Of a stretch of 64,000 nt of DNA, positions 19,078-30,986 are shown one piece after another; position 1 is the first letter of the stretch, and every line of letters begins with the position of its first letter. This DNA comes from Rebecca billardiae RCC1528 (Eukaryota > Protista > Haptophyta): assembly GCA_965240325.2 (NCBI GenBank), contig OZ251244.1, positions 992,001-1,056,000 on the forward strand. Reading direction: 5' to 3'. The translations under genes were made by a program, and so were the position numbers. The notes beneath the pieces were generated by a model. That model was not told the DNA's origin. It did no database searches and worked only from the letters and a program-made list of their open reading frames with translations.

Positions 19078-21225
19078 TGCTCCGCCGCGCGCCGGCGCGC
19101 TCGCCGGCGCGCGCGCCGCGCGCGCCCGCTCGACACGACGTCGAGCGGGTCGGCGTCGTCGTCTGACGCGTCGTCGTCGGCGGGGCGTGGCGGCGGTGCC
19201 GCCGCCGCCGCCGCCGCCGCGGCGGCGGAGCCCCCCTCCTCCTCGCCGTCCTCCTCCTCCGCGCCCCCGCCCTCGTCAGCACTCATCCTGTCGTCGGCGT
19301 CGAAGCCCACAGCCGCGCCGTCCGCGCCGCGCCGCGCGAGATCGCGATCTCCGCGGAGGTCGCGGTCGCGCGCCGCGGCGCGGAAGCCGACCTCGGCGAT
19401 GCGCAGCGTCTCCGCGTCGCGCTGCGCGTTCTCGGTGGCGTCCGCGCCTAGGATCAGCGGCGGCGCGCCCGGCGGCGCGCGCGCGCCGCCGCCGCCGCCG
19501 CCGCCCGCCGCCGCCGCCGCGGCGAGCGACTCTCGGTGCGCGCTGAAGCCGGGCGGCGCGCCCGCGGCGGAGGTGAAGAGGTACTCGAGCGAGCGCTTGT
19601 ACGTGCCGTCCGACGGGTCGACGATCGCCTCGAGCGCCGCCTCGAAGCACGCGCGCAGGTGCCGGTTGTGCACGCGCGTCACGCGCGTGACGCGCAGCCC
19701 GGCCACGCCCGCCGCTTCGAAATCTTTGGGGAAGAATCTCGAGTGGACGAGATCGACGCAGGAGGAGTACCACACGTCGCGCGGCGAGCCGTCCTCGAAG
19801 CGGACGTTCCCGCCCGTGTCGAGCTCCACGAGCAGCCGCGCGATCGCGCCGTCGCGCGCCGCGCCCGCCGCCGAGAGCAGCTGCGCGTGCGATCGCTCCA
19901 ACTGCTCGAGCTGCGATAGCTTGCCGCCGATCGCGCGGCCGAGCGCGCGCTGCTTCGCGCCGAGGTGCGGGTCGAGGGCGGCGGCGGGCAGGCGCTCGAG
20001 GGCGGCGGCGCTCTGCAGCCGCGGCGCCAGCCCCGTCCGCTCGGCGATCGCCGCGCGCACGTCCGCCTGCTGCCGCAGCAACACGTTCAGGTTGAGCTGG
20101 AGTGCGGCCGCGCGCGCGCGCTTCGCACACGCGGCCGCGCTGAGGCCGGACGAGACGTGCCGCTTGACCGTCTTGATGCGCATGTTGTAGTACATCTTCT
20201 TCTTGAAGAAGGTCGCCTCCGCCAGCGCGCGCACCTCGGCGGACACCGTCGTGCCGTCCAGCGACAGCAGCGCGGGCACGCAGTACAGCGTGTACGTGGC
20301 ATAGTTGCACAGCGCGCACACGGGGTTAGGGCCGTAGTGCGGGTCGGTGAGCGTGAGCGCCTGCAGGCTGCGCAGGCGGCCGAACGCGGGGATCTCGCGG
20401 AACGAGCCGATGCGGTTCGCCGCGAGGTTCAGCTCCTGCGCGAGCGCGGCGGGCGCGGCGCGGCGCGGCAGCGAATGCGAACGGCGAGTGAGCGGACACA
20501 CGGCGCGCGGCGCGCGCGCGCGCACGGCCTTGCCCCCCGCCGCCGCCGCCTCGGCCCACTCCCTCTGTGGGGCACCCCGGCGCGCGCGCGCGCGCGCTCG
20601 AGCCATCCCGACGCGGCGCGGCGCCGCGCGCGCGCCCGCACGTGCACACACGCACACGCACGCACGCACGCGCGCGCCCAAGCGCACACGCACGCACCTG
20701 CAGCGCGGGCTGTGCCTCGAGCTCCTCGCCTGCGCTGTGGATGCGGTTGCGCGCGAGCCAGAGGGAGCGGAGGCGGAGGTTGGACGAGAGGCGCTCGATG
20801 CGCTCGATGTGGTTCTCGTTCAGCCAGAGCGACTCGAGCTCGACCAGCCCCTCCAGCCCCTCGATCCTCCGCAGCCGGTTGCGCGAGAGGTCGAGGTGCA
20901 GCAGCGCGCCGCACGCGCGCAGGTTTGGAATCTGCTCGAGCTTGACCTCGGTGATGGTGAGGCGCTCGAGGCGGCGGGCGTTGTGCAGCCCGACCACGCG
21001 CGGGATCGTCTGCAGCGTCACCACCAGCTCGCGCAGGTTGTGGAAGTCCGCCAGCGGCGAGAGGTCGGTCACCGTGTGCATGAACAACTCGAGCCGCTCC
21101 ACCTCGGCGGCGCGCGCGCGGAAGACGGGCTCGGTGAGCGCCTCGTCGTACGGGGCATCCGCGTCGGGGTGGTATGCCCAGTACAGGAAGAGCTGGCGCC
21201 CCTCGCCCACCAGGCGGCCTGCCAT
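14640..21225 (-). CDS. LRRC9: Leucine-rich repeat-containing protein 9 homolog (multi-exon)
   Basis: Many SDS22-type LRRs, plus central motifs typical of LRRC9 (AEATFFKKKMYYNMRIK; ELDTGGNVRFEDG...WYSSCVDLVHSRF; SLEYLF; WFLFDPALALTEYVVEFEY). Introns predicted at 20436-20697, 17618-17744 and 16699-16936. Terminal exons below ~15350 are less certain. Confidence 0.85.
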
Positions 21226-21430
21226 GGCCCCCGGCGCGCTCCGCGGGAGCGTCGCCCTTGACGTTGCAAGGCCGCGCTCTGCGCCCTTACGCGATCTCGC
21301 CGCTGGGGAGATCGCCAGGACAATGGCGGCGCAGGCTTGGTTGGGTTTGAATATTGCTGCTGCCGAATTTGACCGCGGGAACAACCCTAACCCCCTCTAT
21401 TTCTTTGGCGGGAACTGGCCGGCCCGCACG

Positions 21431-23780
21431 ATGTCGCAGGCCCCGTCCGCGTCCAACGTCGCGGAGGAGTGGACGACGACGACCGACGTGGCGCGCGACC
21501 TGCACCGCGCGCTCGTCTCGTCCGAGGCGGCCTCCTCGTCGGACACCGGCCCCGACCATCTCGCCGCCTCCAAAACCCTCCCGTCCTTCCTGCCGAGCGA
21601 CGAGCGGTCGGCGGCTCAGCGCACGACCGAGCCGGGCGGCTTCCGGCGCGAGTTCCTCCGGCGCAGGGCGGAGGAGGCGGGCGAGCCCGTGGACGAGGCG
21701 TGGCAGGCGTCGCTCCTCGACCAGATCGACGCGCCGCGCCTCATCAGCCGCCTCGCCGCGTACTCCGTCGCCCCGTTTGGTTACGAGTACGACGAGGACG
21801 GCCACCGCGTGCCGCGCTCGGCCGATCGGCGCGTGAAGGCGGACGCGAGCGACATGGAGGTGGCGATCGCGATCTTCAAGTCGTTCGTGGGGCAGGGGAT
21901 CATGTTCATGCCCTCCGCCTTCCGCTACGGCGGCTGGCTCCTCTCGACCGTCGTGATGCTCTGCACCGCGTACGCGTCCACCGTCGGCATCGAGATGGTG
22001 ATCTCGTGCTACGCGGTGCACCCGGGGATGATGGGGGACATCGCGCAGAGCGTGGCGGGGCCGGTGGGCAGGCTGGGCGTCGACGTCTCGCTCGTGGTCT
22101 CGCAGTTCGGCGTGTGCTGCGCCATCCTCATCTTCGTCATGCGCACGGCCGAGGTGGCCATCCTCGACGGCGGCGGCGGCGGCGCGGCAGCGGCGGAGCC
22201 TGCGGCCGCGCAGCCGCACGGCGGCGGGCTCGCGGCGAACGCCGAGCACGCCTTCCGGCAGCGCTGCCTGCTCCTCAGCCTGCTCGTGGTCGTGCCCCTC
22301 GCGTGGGTGCGCGACCTCTCGAGGCTCGCGCTCCCAAACCTCGTGGCCAACCTGTGCTCACTCTTTGGCCTCGGCGTTGCATTCGTGTACATGGCTCTGC
22401 AGCTCGCGAGCGCGGGCGTGCCCGCGGACGTGGATGCGGCCAGGCCGGAGGGCATCGCCATCTTCGTCGGTGCGGCCGCCTGCCGCTCGCGCGGCGCTTG
22501 CGGCGCGTGCCGGGGGCTGGGCCGGGCGCGTTGGGAGTGCGGTCCGGCCCCTGCGGGCGTGCATGCGCCGCGTGGCGCGCCTTGCCGGCGCATGCCGCCC
22601 GTCTGGCGCGCGGCGCGGCACACACACGGCGCGCTCATGCGCTCGGTGCCCGCCCGCGCGCCTGCCTTCCTGCACCCCGGCACTGCGCCGCCACTGCCGC
22701 TCGCCGCGCCTGCTGCCGCGCCGCGCGCACACGACCGCACCGGCTCTCGCCTCGGCCGGCTGCTGCTGCTGCGTGTCGCCCTGCCGCCGGGCGTGCAGGC
22801 ATGACGTGCTTCATGTTCGAGGGCATCCCGCTCATCCTGCCCGTGTACGAGAAGATGAGGAACAAGCGGAACTTCTCGCGCCTCTTTGGCCTGGTCTTCT
22901 GGAGTGAGCGCGCAATTGTTATTTAATAATAAAAAAAACACCTTCTGGCCTCCCTCCACGCCGCGGTGCACGGGGCGAGCGCTGGCCTGCGGGCGTGTGC
23001 GCTGGCCTGCGGGCGTGTGCGCTGGCCTGCGGGCGTGTGCGCTGGCCTGCGGGCGTGTGCGCTGGCCTGCGGGCGTGTGCCGCGCGCGCCCCCGCCTGCT
23101 CACGCGCGCGCCCGCGGTGCCGCCCGCCTCCGGCTCCCCTGCGCCACGCACGCCGCGCCGCGCCGCGCCGCGCGCGCCCATGCTCCGCGCTCTCCCCCCC
23201 TCTCTCCCTTCGAGCAGTCAGCATCGCGGGCCTCGAGACTTCGTACGGGCTCGTCGGTTACCTGTCGTACGGCGAGGCGGTCAACCCGGTCTCCATCCTG
23301 AGCATCCCGCGCACGCCGTTCACGCGCTTCGTCCAGCTGCTCTTCGGCGCGGCGGTGGTCCTCGGCTTCCCGATGATGTTCGTGCCCGCGACTCGGATCG
23401 TCGAGTCGTACCTCTGGCCGGGCGTGCCCGAGCCGGCGGCCGGGAGCGGCGGCGCGCCGATGCCGCTCGAGCCGCGCCGCTCGAGCCGCGCGCGGCTGCA
23501 GCGCACGGTCACCAAGAGCCTGCTTCGCACGCTCGTCGTGCTCGGCCTCGCGGCCCTCTCGCTGTACGCCGTCGACTTTGTGACGCAGTTCCTCGCGCTC
23601 GCCGGCAGCCTGTGCTGCGTGCCGCTCGCCTTCCTCTACCCGGGCTTCCTCTACCTCAGGCTGGTCGCGCACACGACCGCGCAGCGCGCCCGCGCGTGGG
23701 TGCTCATCGCGGGCGGGCTCGTGCTGATGCCGCTCACGCTGTACCAGGTGATCACCGAGCAGCGCGCGCATGCGCAATAA
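21431..23780 (+). CDS. Amino acid transporter, Aa_trans family (AVT3/AVT4/SLC36-like)
   Basis: Motifs PGGFRREFL, IFKSFVGQGIMFMPSAFRYGG, SQFGVCCAILIF, CFMFEGIPLILPVYEKM, YGLVGYLSYG, LAGSLCCVPLAFLYP. Introns at 22470-22798 and 22904-23217. Confidence 0.9.
22981..23080. repeat. Intronic minisatellite, 5 x 20 bp
   Basis: Five perfect copies of GCTGGCCTGCGGGCGTGTGC. Confidence 0.95.
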
Positions 23781-23835
23781 TAAACGCGTAGCAGCTACTT
23801 GATGATACGCGTACGTCTCAGCACTGAGACATCAT

Positions 23836-23837
<2 letters not shown>

Positions 23838-23909
<72 letters not shown>

Positions 23910-23935
23910 CTCTCTCTCTCTCCGTCTCTCTCTCT
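23838..23935. repeat. (CT)n microsatellite
   Basis: Long, slightly interrupted CT run. Confidence 0.95.
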
Positions 23936-24129
23936 ATATATACGCCGTATAGCGCGCTATATGAATATATATATAGAATAATCCGGTGGGCGCTGGTGTC
24001 AGGCGGCTGCGGTGATATGTACGATGATCCGTAGATATCCAGATGCCCGCGACGCCTGCGCGTCATTCTGCGAGCGATTGATACTGTCGCTGGCCGGCCG
24101 GGACGTGAGGCAATAATATGCGCGGGCGG

Positions 24130-24654
24130 TCAGTGTGTGCGAGCAGCCGCCTTCGCCGCCGCCGCTGGCGTCGGTGGCGCGTGGAGAGGAGCCCAATCCC
24201 AGGCGAGTGGGACGGAGAGCGCGACGCTGTGCACGTTGAGCCCCTGCGACATCGACGGCTGGTTGCGCTCGAGCGCCCAATGGCCGACCGGCACCTGGAG
24301 CGCCCACGAGAGCGTCCAGCTGGCGGCTGCAAGGGCGAGCGGGTGCGACCAGTGGTGTGCGGCGCGTGCGATGGCGTTGGCGAGCCATGCGAGGGCGAGC
24401 ACGCCCACGGCGAGCGCGGTGCTCACTGCGCGTGGCCTGCCGCACGCGAGGACCGCCCCGGCGAGCGCCGACTGCGCCAACCATGCCAGCCGATGGTCGT
24501 GCACGGCGAGGACGAGGAGCACGCTGAGCCATTCGATCGGCACGCACACGACGTGTAGCCACCAGTTCCCGCGGTGCGCGTGATGCGCGCGGTACAACGC
24601 GAGCTCTCGCGCATACACAGCTGTGAGCGGAGCCCGCGCCACGGACGACGCCAT
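24130..24654 (-). CDS. DUF962/Mpo1-like small membrane protein
   Basis: LYRAHHAHRGNWWLHVVCVP and WALQVPVGHWALERNQPS match the Y..H...N..H..gvP and Q..GH...E...P motifs of DUF962. Confidence 0.8.
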   Translation of the reverse strand: MASSVARAPLTAVYARELALYRAHHAHRGNWWLHVVCVPIEWLSVLLVLAVHDHRLAWLAQSALAGAVLACGRPRAVSTALAVGVLALAWLANAIARAAHHWSHPLALAAASWTLSWALQVPVGHWALERNQPSMSQGLNVHSVALSVPLAWDWAPLHAPPTPAAAAKAAARTH

Positions 24655-24823
24655 TGTCGTTGACAAGTGAGATTCGCGATCAAGTCCGGACGTGACTTGA
24701 CTTGGCCGGCCGGCCTGCTTCAGTTCAGACTTCAGAGTGCTGGCCGGCCTGCTGATGACACGGAAGCTCGGCACCGCCGCCCTCCGTCCTCTCCGAGACC
24801 GATCGATCACCGCCGGCACCGTG

Positions 24824-26765
24824 ATGGCGATTGCCGCCATCGTCGCCGCGGTCGCGCTCGCCGGCGCGTCGAGCGCGGGTCCGGCTCTGCCGCGCGGCGC
24901 CGCGGCGCCGCGGCTCGGTCCGCGCGTGCGCGCGGCACCCCTGCGCGCGTCGCCGCGCGCCTTTGCCGCGCCGCCGCCCGCCGACGAGGCGGAGGCGGCG
25001 GTCGGCACGGGCGGCGGCGGCGGCGGCGGCGGCGGCATCCCGCCGTGGGTCCTGCCGTTCGCCGTGCCCGCGCTGGGCGGCGCGCTGTTCGGCTTCGACA
25101 TCGGCGCGGCGAGCGCGGTCGTGCGCATCCTCGGCTCGCCCGACGTCGCCACCGCCGCCTTCGGCGCGCCCCTCTCCGAGATCGAGCTCGGAAACGTCGC
25201 GTCGTTGCCGCTGTTTGGCGGCATGCTCGCGTCGGCGGCGATCGCGTTCACGGGCGACGGGAAGATCGGCCGGCTGTTCGAGCTGCGGAGCGCGGCGGCG
25301 CTGTACGCGTGCGCGAGCGCGCTCACCATCGCCGCGCCCACGCTCCCCCTCCTCTTCGCCGGCCGGCTGCTCACCGGCGCCGGCCTCGGCATCGCGCTCC
25401 ACGCCGCGCCGCTCTACATCGCCGAGACCGCGCCCTCCGAGCTGCGCGGCCGGCTGGTGGCGTACAAGGAGGCGGCGATCGTCGCGGGGATCGTGCTGGG
25501 CTACGCGGCGGGCGCGGTCACGGGCGACGCCGCCGCGTGGCGCGAGACCCTCGCCCCCGCCATCCCGCTCGAGGCGGCCATGCTGGCGCTCTCGCTGTCT
25601 CTCCCCGAGTCCCCTCGCTGGCTCGCGCTGCGCGGCCGCGACGCGGAGGCGGCCGACGCGGTGGTCTCGCTGCAGCGGTGCGAGCGGTCGGAGGCGGAGG
25701 CGCAGGTGCGCGCGATCGGCGCGAGCGCGGCCAAGAAGCGCGCCGAGGCCGCCACCGCCGCCGGCGCCGACCCCGTCGCCGCCGCGGCCGAGGTGGGCGA
25801 GGCGCCGTCCCTCGGCGAGATCCTGCCAAAGCTCGTCGGCGAGAAGGGGAACCGGCAGGCGCTGGTGATCGGCTGCGGGCTGGTGCTCTTCCAGCAGCTC
25901 TCGGGGCAGCCGTCGGTGCTGTACTACGCGAACCGGCTGCTCGAGTCGATCGGCCTCGGCTTTGTCGCCGCCGTCGGCGTGGGCAGCTTCAAGCTGGTGA
26001 TGACTCTGGTCTCGGCCTCGCTCGTCGAGTCTGAGGCGTGGGGGCGGCGCCCGCTGCTGCTGGCGGGCACGGCGGCGATGGCGGTCTCGCTCACCGGCCT
26101 CTCGCTCCTGTACGCAACGTCGGGCGCCGCGCTCGCCGCGGGCGGCGCGGGCGCGGCGGGCGTGCAGGCCGCCGTCATCCTCCTCCTCTTCCTCTATGTG
26201 GGTGGGTACCAGGTCGGGTTTGGGCCAATCACGTGGCTGATCCTCTCGGAGATCTTCCCGCTCGCCGTGCGCTCCCCCGCGGTCTCGATCGGCACACGTG
26301 CGCGCAGGCGGCGGGCGTGCGCGCGTGCGTGTGTGCGCTGGAGGAGCTTGCGCGGGGCTGGGGGCGGGGGCGAGGTCGGCGCGTGTGGCAGGAGGGCGGG
26401 GCGTGCGCGCACCTCCCCTCCGCTCGCGTGCGCGCGGCCCAACTCCACCCGCCACCGCGCGCGCGCGAGCACCGTCGCGCCCCGCCCTGCCCTCCAACAC
26501 ACCATCCCCGCCCCCTCCCTCCCTGCCGCCCTCCTTCCTCCCGCCGCCGCCGCCGCCGCCCCGCACAGTGCTCAACTTCGGCTCCAACTACATCGTCGGC
26601 ATTCTCTTCGAGATCGAGCGCGCGGCCGTGGGCGAGCCCGCACTCTTTGGCGGCTTCGCCCTCGTCGCGCTCGCGGCTGTGGCGTTCATCTACGCCAAGG
26701 TGCCCGAGACGCGGGGCCTCTCGCTCGAGGAGATCGAGGCGAAGCTCACCGACGGCGAGTTCTGA
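24824..26765 (+). CDS. MFS sugar porter (D-xylose-proton symporter-like) with N-terminal targeting presequence
   Basis: Motifs GGALFGFDIG, LYIAETAPSELRG, PESPRWL, FQQLSGQPSVLYY, WGRRPLL, GFGPITWLILSEIFP, VPETRGLSLEEIE. Intron at 26298-26568. Confidence 0.92.
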
Positions 26766-27745
26766 CGGCGACTCTGACGGATGCTGAGACGACGCCGACG
26801 CCGACGGACGAAGCCGCCACGCGGCCACGACGCGACGGCCGGATTCGGCCGGCGCAGGCATGGCAGGTACACTGACTCTGCTGCGCCGGCACACTGACGC
26901 TTCTCTGCGCGGTGCAGCAGAGCCAGGTGAGTAGGCACTCTCAGAGACTCTGAGTCGTCGCACTGATGACGCGCGACGCCTCAGCATGCCTCAGTGAGTC
27001 ATATGATGCCGATGCGGCTCATGCCTCATCCGCTCATCGCCTCGGGCCGCGGCGGCAGCACCGCCGCGTCGCGCTGCACTCTGACTCATCACACTGTCTG
27101 ACTGGGCCTGGCCGTGGCGGTGACGATGTGATGTGAGACTGCGAGAATAGCAGTGTGATGATGACTACTACTGACTGAACATGACGATGCGCGGCGCTGG
27201 CTCACGCAGGACCTCGGGCTGCCGTCAGTATTATTAGTATTATTATCATAATCGCGGCTTGCTGCTCCGACGGGCACGGCCACGGCAGCAAAGCAGCCAT
27301 TAATCAGTTCAGTGTACGTGCCACTAGTATTGCCCCGCCGGCGAGTAGTCGTAGTCGGCTGGTTAGTACGCATTGCGCTGTCTCCCGTCGCGGATATCGG
27401 CGGATGACGCCGGAGCCTGCCGGCGGGATGAGAGTGCTGCGCGCGGACGACCGTACTGCGCGGCAGGTAGGCCGGACGACGCGGCGCGCCCGGTCGTCAT
27501 GACGTGAGCAGAGCCGCTCCGCAGAGCGGTGCGTGCTGAGCGGCACTGACCGTCGGACCACCAGGCGCCAGCCTGGCCCAGCCTCGAGCCTCCTGCAGGG
27601 GCGCGGCGGCAGACTGGACAGTTGTGCACTGCGGGCGCGGCGCGTCAAAGTGCTACGCTGTCCGCCCACCGCACATCACTGCGCACATCACTCAAGAACA
27701 TCGTTTATAAGTGGGCTGTGGGGCCGTCGACAAAGGCACTCACCC

Positions 27746-29206
27746 TCAGCGGGTACGAGCACGCCACGCCGTATAGACGTACGCGGGAGTGTGAATCCGT
27801 TGGGTGGGCTCGTCTCGCTCGGCTGCGCTCATGCCGAGGCCGAGTGCAGCCGACCGCCTGCCGCACGAGTACACGCTGCCGTCCGCACTCACAAACAGTG
27901 AGTAGCCCTGGCCGAGCGCGCAGCCCACCACACGAGCTTGGCGGAGGGCCACCACGCGCACAGGAAGCTCGGCGAACGTGCGTTCGTGCCCCAGCCCGAG
28001 CTGGCCGTTGCGGCCCTCCCCAAACGCGTGCACGCTGCCATCTGCGCCCAGCACAGCGCTCACGGAGTGGCCCGCACTCGCACGCACTGCGCGCACGCCC
28101 GCGAGCGCCTCGACGCGTTTGGGCACGCGCTGCAATGCCCCGTCACCATGCCCGAGGCATGCAAGCGCACTCCCACCAAACGAGTGCAGGCTGCCCTCTG
28201 CGTCCACCACCAGGCTGTGGTAGGCACCCGCGCTCACGTGCGCGGCGCACACGCCAGCAAGCGCCTCGATGCGCCGCGGCGTGGGCTGATTCTGCTGGTT
28301 GCCGTGTCCGAGCTGGCCAAAAGCGCCACGGCCGAACGAGTAGACGGCGCCGCGCGTGGTCAGCAGCAGCGTGTGTGCATACCCCGCGGCCACGCCACCC
28401 ACGCGCACGCCATCCAGCGCGTCGATGCGCGTCGGCTCCCACCGGTCCTCCGTGTCGCCGTGGCCGAGCTCGCCGCACGCGTTGCGGCCCCAGCTGTACG
28501 CACGGCCCGCGGCAGTGAGCGCGAGGCTCTGAGAATGGCCGGCCGAGATGGCGACGACGGGCTCGCTCGCGGGTAGGCTGACGAGAACGAGTGAACGCCG
28601 GCCCTTCTTGTCACCCAGCCCCAGCTGGCCGTACTCGTTCTTGCCGCAGCCGTACACGGCGCCGGCCTCGCTCAGCGCGAGCAGGTGGTTGTGGGCAGCT
28701 GCCACGGAGCACATGCGCACCGCGCTGAGGGAGGCGACGCGCGTCGGCCAGCGCACTGCAGGCGTGCCCGGGTGGCTAGAAGCCGCGTGCGCTCGAAACC
28801 CGCCCATCAGCTGCGCCGGCACCGCCTCCTCCCCGCACGTGTGCAGCCCGCCCTCCGCGTCCACAAACGCGCTGAAGCCACAGCCGACCGCCAGGGGAGG
28901 CGAGTGTGCGCATGCGAGCTCGAGCACCCGCTCACGAACGAGCAGCTCCTCCGTCCACGTGCGCACTTCCGAGGGCAGCGATGCCAGCGGCGTGCGCTCG
29001 TGCCTGCGCGCGCGGGCGCAAGCGCGCTCGCGCAGCACGCGCTCGACTGGTGAGCACCCGCCGGGTGGCGTGGCGTGGAAGAGGCGCGCGGTGGCGTTCA
29101 GGCTGGCGAGGTCGCGCGGCGGCAGGAACACGAGGATGCGGTCGACCATTTCTAGCGGCAGGTCGTTGAGCGCGAGGCGCGGGGTGCGCGTCCGTGCCGT
29201 GGCCAT
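27746..29206 (-). CDS. F-box + RCC1 repeat protein (intronless)
   Basis: N-terminal LNDLPLEMVDRILVFLPPRDL (F-box-like), followed by repeated VYxxGxNxxGQLGxG / SAGxxHSL RCC1 blades. Confidence 0.88.
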   Translation of the reverse strand: MATARTRTPRLALNDLPLEMVDRILVFLPPRDLASLNATARLFHATPPGGCSPVERVLRERACARARRHERTPLASLPSEVRTWTEELLVRERVLELACAHSPPLAVGCGFSAFVDAEGGLHTCGEEAVPAQLMGGFRAHAASSHPGTPAVRWPTRVASLSAVRMCSVAAAHNHLLALSEAGAVYGCGKNEYGQLGLGDKKGRRSLVLVSLPASEPVVAISAGHSQSLALTAAGRAYSWGRNACGELGHGDTEDRWEPTRIDALDGVRVGGVAAGYAHTLLLTTRGAVYSFGRGAFGQLGHGNQQNQPTPRRIEALAGVCAAHVSAGAYHSLVVDAEGSLHSFGGSALACLGHGDGALQRVPKRVEALAGVRAVRASAGHSVSAVLGADGSVHAFGEGRNGQLGLGHERTFAELPVRVVALRQARVVGCALGQGYSLFVSADGSVYSCGRRSAALGLGMSAAERDEPTQRIHTPAYVYTAWRARTR

Positions 29207-30986
29207 CGAGTCGAGCGCGACGACGAGATGAGGCTGAGCTCGGGCTGAGACGCTGAGTGCCCGAGTGCAGAGGACAGGGCAACTTGGACTCTGGACAGGG
29301 CCTGTCCAGGGTCAAGCCTTCAAGGTCTGATTCCGCCTCAGATTCCTCCAATTGCTATAAGTGGGTCGTGTCCTGTGCATTCGTGAGTCTGACCTGACAC
29401 CTGTCCGGTCACCGGTGAGTCACTGAATGTCCCGCCGTCACCGTCCGAGCCAGCGTGACTGTGATCTTGTAAGTACGTGTGACAGTCCACCCGGCGGGCC
29501 TGGCCCTCCCAGCTGGGCCTCGGCCCGCGGAGCGTCCACGTGCTGCCCTGGCGGCCTGAGTGAGACTGAGTGAGTGTCGCGGTCTGTGTAGTCGTGCATC
29601 AGCCTCTCGCCGCCGGCTCTCGGGCCTCGCTATCGCGTCGGACGCAGTCTCGCCTCAGTTAATAAATGACAATAAATTTTTGATGAATAGTTTACATCCG
29701 CGTGTCAGACCCGGCTGAATACTTCTACTGAGTACAGTCAGCCTAAGTGATGGCATGCAGATATTCTGACTGATATGTCACGGCTGAGCGCCGCGCAGAA
29801 GGCAGATTCTCACTATTTCTCAGACTAGCCGCAATGCACCATTGCGCGTCACGGTCACGCCGGTGCCGGCGGTGTCAGCTCCATCCAGCCTGCGAGTGCC
29901 GGTCAAACAAAGACTAAAAGAGTGCTGCCGCCCTGAGTGGCAGCGGCCTTCGAGCCCGCTGAGGCCGTAGGCGTAGCTCTGCGACGCAGGGCCGATTGGG
30001 CGATTGGCTAGCTTGCTCAGCATTAAATGTGCGCAATCGGTTTAATTTTCCTGACTCCTCACTCCTGAGCCTGAAGCCCAAGCAAGACGTGTCACGTGAC
30101 TACTGAAGTCCGTGGTCCATTGAATCTGTCACACAGTAGGGACGACCTTACGTATCAGGAACCTGCACAGGTCCCTCACTCAGGGGCCTGCGTATGATGA
30201 ATGAAATACGGATGACGATTGACGTTATTACGCCTTTTCCAAGAGCCTGCGGGTCCAAGGCGGCAAGGGCGGTCCTGGCATGGCACTAGCTACTGTCTGC
30301 ATGTAGTACTGTACTACTGAGCAAGCCTAGCTGCCTTGAGCTAGGCCAGTTAGATGAGCCGATGCCATACCGCCGGTGCCAATTGATTCCGCGGGGCCGC
30401 GCCACTCACACTGTCCGCGATGTCGTCCCGAGACCCGATGTGATCAAGTCCAGCGATCCGATCGATGAAGTCAATATCGATCGGACGATATATATATATA
30501 TATGAGGGCGATGTCGCCATCGTCATATATAGCAGCGCGCGCGAAATAATCCGGCCACTCCGGTGCTGACTACTGGGCACCTGCTGTGACTACTCTGAGT
30601 ACTCACTACTCTCAGACGATATGCCGACTACTGACGAGTCACTTGAATAGTCAGAGTTCAGGCCGCTGATGATGATACTCGCTATGCCCGCGCCGCCGCG
30701 CCAGTGGGCCCGGCCGCCAGGATGTCATCGTCGTCTTACGGCAGCGGGCGCGTGCATCATTAATATCCCGCGATGAACTACACACACATATATATATATA
30801 TATATATGTACACATCATTACGTAGTCGTTCATCACTCGTTGAAGCGGGCAGGCCTCGTCCAGATGGCCGCAGCCCAAGCAGACTGCTCTGAATCACCGT
30901 GGACACGCTGGTGGCTGGAGCCTGCCCACGTGGTCTTGCCGCCTGCTCCGATTGCAATTCGCATGTCTGAGTGTGCCCGCCGCGCG

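Noticed and set aside
22981-23080. Regular repeats that could be mistaken for a CRISPR array
   Set aside because: Head-to-tail 20-mers with no spacers, inside a eukaryotic intron.
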